From Phycisphaerales bacterium (GTDB lineage: Bacteria > Planctomycetota > Phycisphaerae > Phycisphaerales > UBA1924), in the NCBI GenBank assembly GCA_965227775.1, contig OZ245777.1:1760001-1824000 (forward strand): DNA of 64,000 nt, read 5' to 3'. Both the position numbers and the translations under genes were made by a program. The notes below the pieces were generated by a model, which searched no databases, had not been told where the DNA came from, and was given only the letters and a program-made list of their open reading frames with translations. Shown piece by piece: positions 1 to 11,065 of the stretch (position 1 is its first letter; every line of letters begins with the position of its first letter).

Positions 1-632
1 CCCGCCGCCTCTTCGAGGATCTTCGGAGCAATCACCGTCGACACAAGTACGATCGACGCCAGGCACAGAACCAAGAGCAGCCCGGGATACGTCGTCGCCC
101 CCACGAGCGCCCGCCGCAAGCGAACATCGCGCTCGAGCAGGTCGGCGAGCTGCGCCAATACCTCAGCCAGCTTTCCCGACGCCTCACCCGCTCGCACCAT
201 GTTCACGCTCAGGTCGCTGGCGAGCTCGGGCGACGCCTCGAACGCGTCCGCCAAGCCGCGACCGTGCTCGACCTTGTCGATGATCCGCTCCATCACCGCC
301 CGCTGCGCTCGGCTTTTGCGCTGCCGCGCGATGAGCCGCAGCGCTTGCACCAGCGGCAGTCCCGCATCGAGCCCGGTCGAGAGCTCGCGGATGACGGCAG
401 CCCGCTGGGTGCCGCTGAATCGACCACTGAACAGCGAAGAGCCCGCTGCCGCCGCCGATTCGCTCGACCCAGTCGAATCGACCTTCGTGGAGGCTGTGAA
501 CGCGTCCATCGGCTCGACAACCAGCGGTGTCAATCCCCGGCGGGAGATCTCACGGATGGCGGCCGCACGGGTGGGTGCATCGATGATCGGAGAGTCGCCG
601 CCGCCGGCGCACTGCACGCGGAAGCTGGGCAT
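1..632 (-). CDS. gspF: Type II secretion system F family protein (GspF/PilC), 5' part; runs off the window
   Basis: My translation from ATG at 632, which overlaps the gspE TGA (TGATG), reads ...RELSTGLDAGLPLVQALRLI...VEHGRGLADAF...NMVRAGEASGKLAEVLAQLADLLE...TYPGLL. These are GspF/PilC motifs. Confidence 0.9.
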   Translation of the reverse strand, partial: MPSFRVQCAGGGDSPIIDAPTRAAAIREISRRGLTPLVVEPMDAFTASTKVDSTGSSESAAAAGSSLFSGRFSGTQRAAVIRELSTGLDAGLPLVQALRLIARQRKSRAQRAVMERIIDKVEHGRGLADAFEASPELASDLSVNMVRAGEASGKLAEVLAQLADLLERDVRLRRALVGATTYPGLLLVLCLASIVLVSTVIAPKILEEAA

Positions 633-2278
633 CAGTCCCGGTCCTCGCCGTCGGGCTCTTCGAGCAGCATGTCGGTGCCGCTATCTTGTGTCGCGCGGAG
701 CACCTCGCCGACGGTCGTCAGGCCCTGCGAGGCCTTGATGAGGCCGTCGCGTCGCATGGTCTGGTGTGTCGGGTGGGCGGTCTCGAGAAGCTTCTGGGCG
801 TTCACACGCTCGCCAATGGCTGCACGCATGGCCCGTGTCACGGTCAAGACCTCGTAGAAGCCGATGCGACCCTTGAAGATCGACATGCCCGCATCGTGCG
901 AGTCGATTGCTTCACCCGTCGCATCCGCGAACATCGCGCGCTCTTCTGGGCTGAGCCGGAGCATCTCTGCGTCCGTTGGGCGGTGGGGGATCGCGTGCGC
1001 CCTCGCAAGCCGGCGGCCGAGCCGCTGGGCGATCACGGCCTCGAGCACACTGGCGAGCAGGAACGGCTCGATACCCATATCCAGCATCCGGCCCACGGCG
1101 CTCGCAGCGTCATTGGTGTGCAGCGTCGACAGGATCAGGTGGCCCGTCATTGCTGCCCGGACGGATATCTCGGCCGTCTCACCATCGCGGATCTCGCCGA
1201 CCATCACCACGTCGGGGTCCTGACGCAGGATCGACCGCAAGCCCGACGCGAAGGTCAGGCCGCGCTTCGGGTTCACGGGAATCTGGTTGACGCCCTCGAG
1301 CTCGTACTCCACCGGATCTTCAATGGTGATGATCTTCTTTCGCGGGTCGTACAGCTTGCTCAGCGCCGCGTAGAGCGAGGTCGTCTTACCAGAACCTGTG
1401 GGTCCCGTGACGAGCACCATGCCGTGCGGGATCGCGATCAGCCGGTCAATCTCGCGCCGATCCGTCTCGCGCATGCCAAGCGTCGTGAGATCGAGCTGCA
1501 GGCTCTGCTTGTCGAGCACGCGCATCACGATCGATTCGCCGTAGATCGTCGGCGCCGTCGACACGCGGATATCGATCTTGCGGCCATCGAATCGCAGCGT
1601 GATGTGTCCGTCCTGCGGCGCGTATCGCTCGGCGATGTTCATGCCCGCCATGATCTTGATACGGCTGGTGATCGCCGGCTGCAGACGCTTGGGTGGCGGC
1701 TGCTGCTCGACCAGCACACCGTCGATCCGGTACTTGACCTTCAGATCACGCTCGAACGGCTCGACGTGCACGTCGCTCGCGCCAAGGCGGATCGCCTCGA
1801 GAATGAGCAAGTTGACGAGGTTGATCAGCGAGGGCTGCTCGGCCATCCGGTGTAGGTCTTCGGCCTCGATCGATTCGAGGTTGGCCAGCACCTCCTCGTC
1901 GCCACTGCCGCCCAGGCTCGCCGCCATCGCCGCCGCAGTCGTGCCATATTCGCGCTGCACGAGGGCGCGGAACGCCGGCTCGGCGATCGCAACCGGCGTC
2001 ACCGGCCGGCCCACGATGAGCGACGCCTCGTCTGCCGACGCCCAGTCGCCAGGATCCAGCATCGCGATCACCACGCGCCCGTCACGCTCGTCGATCGGGG
2101 CCGCGTGCAGCCGCGCGACGTCATCGCCGCCCATGAGGCGTGTGAGCGTGCGCTCGACCGTCGGAGCTTCGGTAATCATCGCCGGCACGCCATTCGCAGG
2201 CGCGTCGCCCGTCGGAGCCGCGTGTCCGTTCAGGGCGCTGTCGCGATGCACCTCGTCTGTCATGGGCGAGCGATCCAC
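632..2278 (-). CDS. gspE: GspE/PulE/PilB family secretion ATPase
   Basis: ASDVHVEP, Walker A GPTGSGKTT, TIEDPVEY, LRQDPDVVMVGEIRD and GHLILSTLHTND. Start may be 2263. Confidence 0.95.
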   Translation of the reverse strand: MDRSPMTDEVHRDSALNGHAAPTGDAPANGVPAMITEAPTVERTLTRLMGGDDVARLHAAPIDERDGRVVIAMLDPGDWASADEASLIVGRPVTPVAIAEPAFRALVQREYGTTAAAMAASLGGSGDEEVLANLESIEAEDLHRMAEQPSLINLVNLLILEAIRLGASDVHVEPFERDLKVKYRIDGVLVEQQPPPKRLQPAITSRIKIMAGMNIAERYAPQDGHITLRFDGRKIDIRVSTAPTIYGESIVMRVLDKQSLQLDLTTLGMRETDRREIDRLIAIPHGMVLVTGPTGSGKTTSLYAALSKLYDPRKKIITIEDPVEYELEGVNQIPVNPKRGLTFASGLRSILRQDPDVVMVGEIRDGETAEISVRAAMTGHLILSTLHTNDAASAVGRMLDMGIEPFLLASVLEAVIAQRLGRRLARAHAIPHRPTDAEMLRLSPEERAMFADATGEAIDSHDAGMSIFKGRIGFYEVLTVTRAMRAAIGERVNAQKLLETAHPTHQTMRRDGLIKASQGLTTVGEVLRATQDSGTDMLLEEPDGEDRD

Positions 2279-2283
2279 GTGCC

Positions 2284-3525
2284 TCAGCCTCCCCCGAACT
2301 CTCGCAGCACCGCGTCGGCGTCGAAGCCCGAGTCGCCCACCGTCGGCATCGCCTCGAGCTGCTCGGCAGTCAGCATGCCGCGGATGCGCTCAACAAACCG
2401 CTCGTCGAGCTCGTTCCTGGCTTCCTCGGCCGCATCGGCTTCTTCGGAGTCCTGCCCCCAGCCCCACCAATTCATCTCATCGCCAGACTGCTGCTCGTCG
2501 ATGGCCTTCGCCCAACGCTCATTGATGGGCGCCGCCTCGCGCACGTAGCTCTGCTTGATGGCGTCCAGGCTCTCGCGCTGCTCGGCCGTCAGGCTATCGA
2601 GCTTGCCGGCCGCCTCGATTTGGCGCTCTGCCTTGCTCTGGCGATACACCGTCGGCCAAGTCTGGCGCTTCACCTCGGTGTCCCACGCGGCCTGGTTCTC
2701 GGCGGGCAATACCTGCATGATCTGGCGCGCATAGCGGGCGTTGATCGACTTGCCCTGCGACCCGAGATCGCGCATGTCGCTCATCGCTTCTTGCATCTTC
2801 TCCATGGCCTCTGCATCAAAGCCCATCGACTCATCGTCGTCGGCCATGTTCTTCATGCGGTCCATCTGATCGCGCATGAAGCCAAACGAGCGATCGATCA
2901 ACCGCTTGTACACCGGATCAATCTCGGCCTCATATGCGAGCAACGCCTCGCGGGCGGCCTCATTGCCCGAGACCTCGACTTCTCGGGCGATTTTGTGCAG
3001 ATCGATGGTGCCGCCGTTAACCACGCTCATTTGGCCGGCCATCTCCACCTGCTCGCGGCGACGTGCCCGCTCGACCCTGACAAACGCCTCCTGCTGGCCC
3101 GGCTCGATCGCGATCATCTCGAGATCGGCGAAGAACGTGGCCTCCAGCTTCTCAAGGCGGTCGAAGAAACCCAGCATGATGGTGCCCATGGGCTTCATCA
3201 TCTTCTGCCAGTCACCGGTCTTGCCGGCCTCTTCTTGAAGCTGCTGCATGGCATCCATGAGCGTGTCGTTGGCCTGCTTGAACTTGTCCAGGTAGTCGCT
3301 GTGCAGCATCTCGGCGGTCTCACGCTGCACCTGATCGAACCCGAGAAGGTCCGAATACTGGTCCACCGCGGCCCGGCCTATGGCCATCTGCATGGCATCG
3401 TTGCCCATGCCCATGCCCCACTGGGCCTGAGCTGGTGCGGCGATCATCCCGATACCGAGGACAATACTAATCAAATACCAAACAAATGACCCACGCCCCG
3501 TGTCGCGCCCATCTACGGTCTTCAT
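2284..3525 (-). CDS. Secreted all-helical hypothetical protein with LTxEQ motifs (paralog 3 of 3)
   Basis: Signal peptide ending APAQA, SD-like AAGGGG before ATG 3525, two LTAEQ motifs. Shares motifs with the two upstream genes. Confidence 0.75.
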   Translation of the reverse strand: MKTVDGRDTGRGSFVWYLISIVLGIGMIAAPAQAQWGMGMGNDAMQMAIGRAAVDQYSDLLGFDQVQRETAEMLHSDYLDKFKQANDTLMDAMQQLQEEAGKTGDWQKMMKPMGTIMLGFFDRLEKLEATFFADLEMIAIEPGQQEAFVRVERARRREQVEMAGQMSVVNGGTIDLHKIAREVEVSGNEAAREALLAYEAEIDPVYKRLIDRSFGFMRDQMDRMKNMADDDESMGFDAEAMEKMQEAMSDMRDLGSQGKSINARYARQIMQVLPAENQAAWDTEVKRQTWPTVYRQSKAERQIEAAGKLDSLTAEQRESLDAIKQSYVREAAPINERWAKAIDEQQSGDEMNWWGWGQDSEEADAAEEARNELDERFVERIRGMLTAEQLEAMPTVGDSGFDADAVLREFGGG

Positions 3526-3672
3526 CAATGAATTCCCCTTCGCGTCCGCCAGGCCGCCCTCGAGCGGGGCGATCGATGCTGGCGTCACGCCTCCGATGTC
3601 CCTTCTTTGGGATGCCCGCCACAAGGTTGCACGTGCACGAGCCGCGTGCTCTATCTGCTTACATGGTACGGG

Positions 3673-4881
3673 CTAACGGCGAATGCGGATCGATTCGCCC
3701 CCAGGTGTCACACGGACGACATCGGGCTTGCGGTCCGACATTGCTCGTTCGGGCAGCTCGGCGAGCTGCTCGGCGCTCAAGATCGAGGCGATCCGAGCCT
3801 CCAGCCGCTCGTCGAGGTCCTTCACGGCATCGCGCGCCTTCTCGCTGTCGCTGGGCTCCTGCCCATCGACAAATATCATGACGCCGGGCGGCAGCCGGTT
3901 GTCTTCCTCTCGCTCGCGTTCGGCGGCCACCCAACGCTCACGGGCTGGGCCCGCATCTCGCATCCACTGATCGGCCGCGGCATCGAGTTGCTCTCGCTGT
4001 TCCTGGCTGAGCGTTTCCAGGGCAAGCGCCGCCTCCAGCCGCCGCTCACCATCGGTCTGCTTGAACACCCTGGCGAACGCCCGTCGATGGAACGCCGCTT
4101 CGATCGCATCGTCCTCGAGAATGCCCGCGAGTGTGCGCACCGCTTGCCGGCTCGCCTGGGCGATGCGCCCATCGATCGCCCGCAAGGGCTCGTAGGGATC
4201 ATCGCCGTCCTCAAAGATGAAGACAGCCCCTCCCGCGTCGGCGCCACCGATGTCCTCGGCCTTGCGTGCCCGCTCAACGAGCAGCCCATCCACATGCACG
4301 GCCCACCGTTCGACCGCATCGATGATCGCTTCGCGGCTTGCCCCTTCGGCAAAAAACTCTCGCACGAGCTCGTCGAGATCGACCCGTGCCTCGGAGCGCG
4401 TGAGCGACTTGAGGTGCTTCGCCCGCCGATGGATGCGTTCGGCAGCCGGCCACGCGTCGGCCTGATCGGCCGTCAGCATGACCTGCACATCGGCGAGATA
4501 GGTTGCCTCGAGGGCCTCGATCGACTCCTGGTAGGAGTCCGTCATTTCCTTCATCCGAGTGATCATGACGGAGAAGTCGCCGTCCTGAACATCCTCTTTC
4601 GCCGACGCGATGTCCTGGCGTAAGCGATCGCCAAGTTCCTGCCGCCGGGACGCCAGATCCCTGAACATCTCCATCGCGACCTCGCGCTGCATCTCGTCGA
4701 GCCCGAGCGCTTCGCACATGCGTTCCACGGTCTCGCGCGAAAAGGCGGCTCCCGCGGTCGAGAGGCCGCCCTTGGTCGTCGTCGACCGCACGACGAAACT
4801 CCCGCTCTCCTGGCCGGCCGCAGGGCCGCCAGCCGCCATCGCCACGCAAACCACCAACGCACCCAGTAGCTTCTGTCGCAT
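3673..4881 (-). CDS. Secreted all-helical hypothetical protein with LTxxQ motifs (paralog 2 of 3)
   Basis: GGGAGG SD before ATG 4881, signal peptide, and motifs LGLDEMQRE, LTADQADAWPAAERIHRR, VDL and LSAEQ. Confidence 0.75.
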   Translation of the reverse strand: MRQKLLGALVVCVAMAAGGPAAGQESGSFVVRSTTTKGGLSTAGAAFSRETVERMCEALGLDEMQREVAMEMFRDLASRRQELGDRLRQDIASAKEDVQDGDFSVMITRMKEMTDSYQESIEALEATYLADVQVMLTADQADAWPAAERIHRRAKHLKSLTRSEARVDLDELVREFFAEGASREAIIDAVERWAVHVDGLLVERARKAEDIGGADAGGAVFIFEDGDDPYEPLRAIDGRIAQASRQAVRTLAGILEDDAIEAAFHRRAFARVFKQTDGERRLEAALALETLSQEQREQLDAAADQWMRDAGPARERWVAAEREREEDNRLPPGVMIFVDGQEPSDSEKARDAVKDLDERLEARIASILSAEQLAELPERAMSDRKPDVVRVTPGGESIRIRR

Positions 4882-4988
4882 CACGAGCCTCCCAAGGGGG
4901 CACATGAACGCGACGCAGCCCCCCGAAGGAAGATGCGCCGCTTGCTGCGGGCCGTCAATCCCGCCCAGCCTCGTTCTGGTGGATCGAC

Positions 4989-6206
4989 TTAGAACTCGCG
5001 CTGGCGGGTCCGCTGGGCACCATCGCCGCGTCCGCCCCGGCGGGCCCGATCGCCCTGGCCGTCACGCCCGCGCTCCTCGTCGCTTCCGATGGCCGATTCG
5101 ATCTTCGCGGCCTGCTCCTCGGTCAGCACGGCCCGGATCTGCTCGACCGTCTGATCGACGACATCCCGCTTCTCGCGGAAGAGCTCGCGTGTGCCGTCCT
5201 CGTTGCCGCGGCGGCCTCCACGCATCATGTCGCGAAGACTCATGTTGAGCTCGTTGCTCTCGATCGTGTCGGCCAGCTTGCGGTTGACCTGGACCATGCG
5301 GCGCTCGGTCGAGAGCCCGATGGCCTCGATCTGCTCCCGCTGGTCGCTGCTCAGGTCCTCAAGGGCCTTGGCCGCCTCGAGCGCGCGATCCGCGCGATTC
5401 TGCCGGTATACGGTCGGGAAGCTTGCTGTTCGCACGGCCGTCTCGAACGCCGGCAGCTTGTCTTCGGGCACGATGGCCTCAAGGCGCCGAGCGAAGGTCC
5501 GGTGCGTGTCGCGAACACGAACGCTGGCGTCGCGGGCGCTCTCGAAGTGGCTCTGCAGCGACTCGAAGTCACGCTGGCGGAACATCTCGAGGCCTTCCTC
5601 GAACTTCTGGTTCCGTGCGATCAGGGCTCGATCCAGTGCCAGCTCGTAATCGCCGAGGACGACCTGCGCCTCACCCGCCTGCTCGCCCTCGAGCTCCAGG
5701 CCCTTGACGATCTCGAAGAGGTCCACACGCTCGCCGCTCATCAACCCGCGTGGCAGCGTTGTCGCACGCCGGTGCGCCATCTCGACCCTCGGCCACGCCT
5801 CGGCCTGCTCGGGAGTCAGCATGGTCTGCAGATCGGCCATGAGCTGGGCCTCAAGCGTCGTGACGCGCTCGCGTGTCTGCTCGCCGAGCTCTCGCAGCTC
5901 CGTGAAGGCCGAGCGATCCCGAGTCTCTTCGAACTCCTGCCGAGCCTGCTGGGCGGCCTCGCGCATGATGTCCATCGCGGTCTGCACGCCGTCGATGTAC
6001 TCCTCGAGCATCATCTGGGCGATCTCCCGCTGATCGGCGTCCAACTCGAGGATGTTCGAGTAGTCCTCCAGCTGCTCTCGGTTGACCTGCGGCCCCTCGG
6101 CACCGCCGAAACCGCCGCCGCCAAACTGGCCGAACGCGGCTGGCGTCGCAACCGCGAACGCCAGACAGGCCATCCCGATCAGAACCCGATTGAATACGCT
6201 GTTCAT
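4989..6206 (-). CDS. Secreted all-helical hypothetical protein with LTxEQ motifs (paralog 1 of 3)
   Basis: GGAGG SD before ATG 6206, signal peptide, motifs LELDADQRE, LTPEQAEAWPRVEMAHRR, FPTVYR and LTEEQ, and an RG-rich tail. Confidence 0.75.
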   Translation of the reverse strand: MNSVFNRVLIGMACLAFAVATPAAFGQFGGGGFGGAEGPQVNREQLEDYSNILELDADQREIAQMMLEEYIDGVQTAMDIMREAAQQARQEFEETRDRSAFTELRELGEQTRERVTTLEAQLMADLQTMLTPEQAEAWPRVEMAHRRATTLPRGLMSGERVDLFEIVKGLELEGEQAGEAQVVLGDYELALDRALIARNQKFEEGLEMFRQRDFESLQSHFESARDASVRVRDTHRTFARRLEAIVPEDKLPAFETAVRTASFPTVYRQNRADRALEAAKALEDLSSDQREQIEAIGLSTERRMVQVNRKLADTIESNELNMSLRDMMRGGRRGNEDGTRELFREKRDVVDQTVEQIRAVLTEEQAAKIESAIGSDEERGRDGQGDRARRGGRGDGAQRTRQREF

Positions 6207-6337
6207 TGTCGGCAACCTCCGGTAGTGGGGGCGCACCGCGCCCGACGCGTGCAACGACCGCCAGCCGTCCAGTATTGCGATCGCGGCGGGCCATTCTTGC
6301 GGTTGTTCCAGCAAACCTCCTCTATCATCCCCTTCCC

Positions 6338-6706
6338 ATGCTCAGAAAAGTGCTCCATAGCAAGATCCACATGGCCGCCGTGACCGCCGCCCGGCCCGAC
6401 TACGTGGGCTCGATCACCATCGACCGCCGCCTGCTCCGGGCCGTCGGCCTCCGGGCGAGCGACGCCGTCGAGATCGCCAACACCGCCAACGGCGAGCGCT
6501 TCGAGACCTACGTGTTCCTGGGAGACGACGGCGTCATCGAGGTCAACGGAGCCGCCGCCCTGCTCGTCAAGCCGGGCGACAAGCTCATCATCATGCACTA
6601 CGCCTTGATGGACGAGGCCGAGTACGTGGACCACCAGCCGAAGGTGGCCCTGGTCTCCGAGGGCAACGCGCTCGACCGCGTCGTGAAATACGACCCCTGG
6701 CTCTAG
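6338..6706 (+). CDS. panD: Aspartate 1-decarboxylase
   Basis: MLRKVLHSKIH, YVGSITID (G-S autocleavage site), NGERFETY and NGAAA. Confidence 0.95.
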   Translation: MLRKVLHSKIHMAAVTAARPDYVGSITIDRRLLRAVGLRASDAVEIANTANGERFETYVFLGDDGVIEVNGAAALLVKPGDKLIIMHYALMDEAEYVDHQPKVALVSEGNALDRVVKYDPWL

Positions 6707-7869
6707 GCCGGCTGCAATTCGGGCGCGCCAACGAGTGCTTCATGGGCGGCCCAAAACTTCTCAAAGCTCGCGGAGATTGAGAAGTTCTGGGCCCAAGGCA
6801 CGCCCGCCGCGCCCATCGCCTTGCGCTTGTCGTGGTCAATGACCAACTCGCTCACGGCGTCCACCCACGCCTCGGTCCGGTGACCGGGCAGCACCAGCCC
6901 GGTTTGGCCGTGGTCGACGACCTCCTTGGGCCCGCCCTGGTCCGCGACTACGACGGGGATGCCGCTTGCCTGGCTCTCGAGCACGACTTGGCCGAGCGTG
7001 TCGGTGAGCGAAGGAAACACGAACATATCCGCCGACGCGTACAGCGTTGCCAGTTCGGTGCCGTGCTTGAAGCCTGGGAACACCACGCCATGCCCGCCAA
7101 GCGTCGACTTCATCTCATCGAGGTACGGACCGCCGCCCACGATGACCAGCCGTGCATCCACGCCCGCGGACTTCGCACGCTCACGCACCCTGGGCCAGAT
7201 GGCCGTCAGCATCGGCAGGTTTTTCTCCGTGCTGATGCGGCCGACATAGAGCACCTTCACCGAGTCTCGTGGTAGGCCGTACTCGTCCCACACGCTCTCG
7301 TCATTATGCTTGGCATCAAAGTCATCCAGCTTGATACCCGGTTCGAGCTTGGCCATGCGATCCCGCGAGAAGCCCAGCTTCTCAAGCGACTCCATATACT
7401 GCTCGCTGCGCGACAGGATGAGCTTGAAGGGTCTGTAGAAGTACTTCATGTATTGGGCTGTGATCGTGCCGTACATCTCCTCATTGAAGAGGTGCTCGAG
7501 GTAGGCGGGAAAGTCGGTGTGGTACACGCCGGCGATCGGGATGCCGCGCTTCTTGGCGAAGTCTCGCCCGACCTTGCCGACACCGCCGGGCGTCGACACG
7601 TGCACGACGTCGGGCGCGAACGCCTCCGCTCGTCGCACCAGGTCGCCCTTGTTGGGAATCACGAAGTCGAGATCCGCATACTTGGGCATCTTCATCGCGA
7701 ACTTGGGCGCGCAGTTGTAGAAGCAGTCTTCCGGCGGAATCTCAAAGCGCGTCGACGTCGCGATGAGCATCTCCCGCCCAGCCGCGATCGACTCGTGTCC
7801 CATGTTGCGAATGAAACGGCTCACGCCATTCACATCGCCAAGCGTGTCGGTGAAGAGCATGAGTCGCAT
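6703..7869 (-). CDS. Glycosyltransferase family 4 (GT-B fold)
   Basis: VNGVS, YHTDFP, YVGRISTEKN and FVFPSLTDTLGQVVLESQASGIPVV. Confidence 0.9.
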   Translation of the reverse strand: MRLMLFTDTLGDVNGVSRFIRNMGHESIAAGREMLIATSTRFEIPPEDCFYNCAPKFAMKMPKYADLDFVIPNKGDLVRRAEAFAPDVVHVSTPGGVGKVGRDFAKKRGIPIAGVYHTDFPAYLEHLFNEEMYGTITAQYMKYFYRPFKLILSRSEQYMESLEKLGFSRDRMAKLEPGIKLDDFDAKHNDESVWDEYGLPRDSVKVLYVGRISTEKNLPMLTAIWPRVRERAKSAGVDARLVIVGGGPYLDEMKSTLGGHGVVFPGFKHGTELATLYASADMFVFPSLTDTLGQVVLESQASGIPVVVADQGGPKEVVDHGQTGLVLPGHRTEAWVDAVSELVIDHDKRKAMGAAGVPWAQNFSISASFEKFWAAHEALVGAPELQPA

Positions 7870-7902
7870 GGTGCGCGTCCTCGTGGGGTACCTTGTTCGG
7901 GC

Positions 7903-9141
7903 CTAGCCCATCTTCTCAACCACGGCCTCACCAAACTCGCTGCACTTCAGCAGCGTCGCCCCTTGCATCAAGCGTTCGAAGTCGTACGTCACCGTCTTCG
8001 CGGCGATCGCGCCTTCCATGCCCTTGATGATCAGGTCGGCTGCCTCAGCCCAGCCCATGTGGCGGAGCATGAGCTCGCCCGACAGGATCACGCTGCCCGG
8101 GTTCACCTTGTCTTGGCCGGCGTACTTCGGGGCCGTGCCGTGCGTGGCCTCGAAGACCGCGTGGCCCGTGTCATAGTTGATGTTCGCGCCCGGTGCGATT
8201 CCGATCCCACCCACACACGCCGCCAGCGCATCGCTGATGTAGTCGCCGTTCAGGTTCATCGTGGCGATCACGTCGTACTCGGCCGGCCGCGTTAAGATCT
8301 GCTGCAAGAAGGCGTCGGCGATGACGTCCTTGATCACGATCTTCTTGCCGTTGGGCGCGGTGAACTCGTGCCACGGGCCGCCATCGAGCGGAGCTGCGCC
8401 AAAGTGCTTGGCAGCGACTTCGTAGCCCCAATTCATGAAGGCACCCTCGGTGAACTTCATGATGTTGCCCTTGTGCACGAGCGTCACCGACGGGCGGTCG
8501 TTGTCGACCGCGTATTGGATCGCCGCCCGCACCAGGCGCTCAGTACCCTCTTGCGATACCGGCTTGATGCCGATGCCGCACGAATTGGGGAAACGCACCT
8601 TGTTCCAGCGATCGGGGAAGGTCTGGCCGAAGCCTTCCTTGAACTTCTTGAATTCCTCGCTGCCGGCCTCGAACTCGATGCCCGCGTAGATGTCCTCGGT
8701 GTTCTCGCGGAAGATGACCATGTCGGTCAGCCCCGGGTTCTTGAGCGGGCTGGGCACGCCCTCGAACCAACGCACGGGTCGCAAGCAGGTGTAGAGATCG
8801 AGCTGCTGCCTGAGCGCAACATTAATCGAGCGGATGCCACCGCCAGTGGGGGTGGTCAGCGGGCCCTTGATGCCGACCAGGTACTCACGAAACGCATCGA
8901 GCGTCGCGTCGGGCAGCCAGTCGCCGGTCTGGTTGTGCGCCTTCTCGCCCGCCAGCACCTCGTGCCAGTGGATCTTCCGCTCACCCCCATACGCTTTGTC
9001 TACCGCCGCGTCGAACACCCGCACGGACGCCGCCCAGATATCTGGCCCGGTGCCATCGCCCTCGATGAAGGGGATGATGACCTGATTGGGCACGTTCAGG
9101 CGGCCATTGCTGGTGGTAATCGGCTCTGCGGTCGCGGGCAT
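7903..9141 (-). CDS. icd: NADP-dependent isocitrate dehydrogenase
   Basis: [50 protein letters not shown] and [19 protein letters not shown] lies upstream of ATG 9141. Confidence 0.97.
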   Translation of the reverse strand: MPATAEPITTSNGRLNVPNQVIIPFIEGDGTGPDIWAASVRVFDAAVDKAYGGERKIHWHEVLAGEKAHNQTGDWLPDATLDAFREYLVGIKGPLTTPTGGGIRSINVALRQQLDLYTCLRPVRWFEGVPSPLKNPGLTDMVIFRENTEDIYAGIEFEAGSEEFKKFKEGFGQTFPDRWNKVRFPNSCGIGIKPVSQEGTERLVRAAIQYAVDNDRPSVTLVHKGNIMKFTEGAFMNWGYEVAAKHFGAAPLDGGPWHEFTAPNGKKIVIKDVIADAFLQQILTRPAEYDVIATMNLNGDYISDALAACVGGIGIAPGANINYDTGHAVFEATHGTAPKYAGQDKVNPGSVILSGELMLRHMGWAEAADLIIKGMEGAIAAKTVTYDFERLMQGATLLKCSEFGEAVVEKMG

Positions 9142-9274
9142 AAAGGCAATCTCCTGGCTCGAAATCGGATTGAGAGTATAGCGCAACACCCTCCGAGGCC
9201 GACGCATTCCGACGCCGGAACAAGCCACCCGCGAGCCGCGTAGCGAAGGGCATCCCAGTAGTCTGGAGCCGCCG

Positions 9275-11062
9275 ATGAGAGCCATCCTGATTGTCGCAAT
9301 CGCGATGCTGCCGTTGCTCTGGACGAGCGCCGCCGAAGCCCAAACGACTGCCGGCGGCCACGATCGCGAACGCTCCCCGTTCACCGACGTGCGCTTCGAG
9401 GGAGATCGCGCCCAAGTGCTCGTCAAGGGCGAGTGGTATGAGTGGCTCGAGATCGACGGCGTGCCCTACAACGCGATTCTCCAGGTCGCCCAACAGCGCT
9501 ATCCGAACGATTGGCAACGGCGCATCGCAGAGGACCTGCTCTTCCTGCTCGATGCCATGGGCACGCAGCCGGGAGACACCGTGCGGCTCAAGGTGCGATC
9601 GCTCGAGCACGGCACGATCCAGACGCTCCCCGCCGTTGCGATGACCAACGCGAATCGCAATCAGGTGCGCGATAGCCGGCGAGCGCGCGAGACCGAAACC
9701 CCGGTCGATCCGGCGGCAGCCATGGACGAACTCGTTGCCACGATCCGTGAGCACCACGCCTACGCCACCCTTAAGAGCCTCGACCTCGACGCCCTTGCAC
9801 GCGAAGCAATGCGTAAGCTCGGAGATTCTCCCTCCCGCCAGCAGACCATTCTCGCCGCCCAGCGCCTCATTGCCCGTCTCGGCGACGGCCACGCCGGGGT
9901 CGAGCAGTGGGAGCAGCACGCACCCCCGGGCTATCTCGATTTCTTGCTGCAACATACCAGAGACGGCATTGTCGCCTTCCGCCGAGACCCGCGCGCATCC
10001 CAAGGACGGTTTCTCGATGCAGACCATCCGTTCGTCGTGTCGGTGGACGGCGTGCCGATCGAGTCGTGGATCGACGCAGCATCGAAGTACGTGGCCGATG
10101 GTTCGCACGCGCTCGTGCGACGCCGTTCGACGGAGCTGCTGCGTTACGCCAATCTTGTGCGTGACGAGCTCAAGCTCCCCCGCAAGCCCGAGATCGCGAT
10201 CACCCTCCGCAACGCCGAGCGTTCTTCAACTAGGGACATCCGGCTTCCACTGGCCGATCGCCACCCAGTCTACGGGAGCTGGCCGCGCACGACCTCGCGA
10301 GTCCTCGATTCGGGATTCGGCTACATCCGCCTCGACTCCATGGTTCTCACTACAGACGATCTGGCAGAAGTCGAACGCACGCTAGATTCAATGGCAGATA
10401 CCCCCGGGCTCATCATCGACGTTCGCGACAATGGTGGAGGTTTCCGAGAGGCCATCAACTCCATCCTACCTCGCCTGCTCGATCCGACAAAGCCCTCAGC
10501 TCGCGTTGTCAACGTCGCGCGCCTCAAACTCACCGAAGGCGAAGATCCCGATCGCCCGGAAGGCTACCTCGCCGATCGATTTGGCTACCCCGCCAATTGG
10601 CCCGACTGGTCGCCCTTCGAGAAGGCAGAAATCGAGCGCTTGTCCCGAGAGTTCAGGGCAGAGTGGCAGCCGCTGGTTGGGCACTTCAGCCAGCCACACT
10701 ACATGGTCGTTTCACGCGACGCCGGCCACCCTACGTACGACAGGCCCGTCGTTGTGCTCATGGACGAAGGCTCCTTCAGCGCGACCGACATCTTCTTGGG
10801 TGCTGTGAAGGGCTTGCCGAACGTCACACTCATGGGCATGCCGTCGAGCGGCGGCAGCGCGAGGTCAACAGGCCACAGCATCGACAGCCTCGGCCTCGAG
10901 GTGAAGCTCGCGACGATGGTGTCTTGCACGCCCGATGGCAGGCTCTACGACGGGAACGGCATCACGCCAGACATCATCGTGCCGCCCATCGCACCCGACC
11001 TCATCGGCAGCACCGACGCGCAGCTCGATGCGGCGGTCACGCACCTGCGGTCAAAGCAATAG
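9275..11062 (+). CDS. Secreted S41 family peptidase
   Basis: Signal peptide, [18 protein letters not shown] and catalytic SFSATD. Confidence 0.85.
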   Translation: MRAILIVAIAMLPLLWTSAAEAQTTAGGHDRERSPFTDVRFEGDRAQVLVKGEWYEWLEIDGVPYNAILQVAQQRYPNDWQRRIAEDLLFLLDAMGTQPGDTVRLKVRSLEHGTIQTLPAVAMTNANRNQVRDSRRARETETPVDPAAAMDELVATIREHHAYATLKSLDLDALAREAMRKLGDSPSRQQTILAAQRLIARLGDGHAGVEQWEQHAPPGYLDFLLQHTRDGIVAFRRDPRASQGRFLDADHPFVVSVDGVPIESWIDAASKYVADGSHALVRRRSTELLRYANLVRDELKLPRKPEIAITLRNAERSSTRDIRLPLADRHPVYGSWPRTTSRVLDSGFGYIRLDSMVLTTDDLAEVERTLDSMADTPGLIIDVRDNGGGFREAINSILPRLLDPTKPSARVVNVARLKLTEGEDPDRPEGYLADRFGYPANWPDWSPFEKAEIERLSREFRAEWQPLVGHFSQPHYMVVSRDAGHPTYDRPVVVLMDEGSFSATDIFLGAVKGLPNVTLMGMPSSGGSARSTGHSIDSLGLEVKLATMVSCTPDGRLYDGNGITPDIIVPPIAPDLIGSTDAQLDAAVTHLRSKQ

Positions 11063-11065
11063 CGA

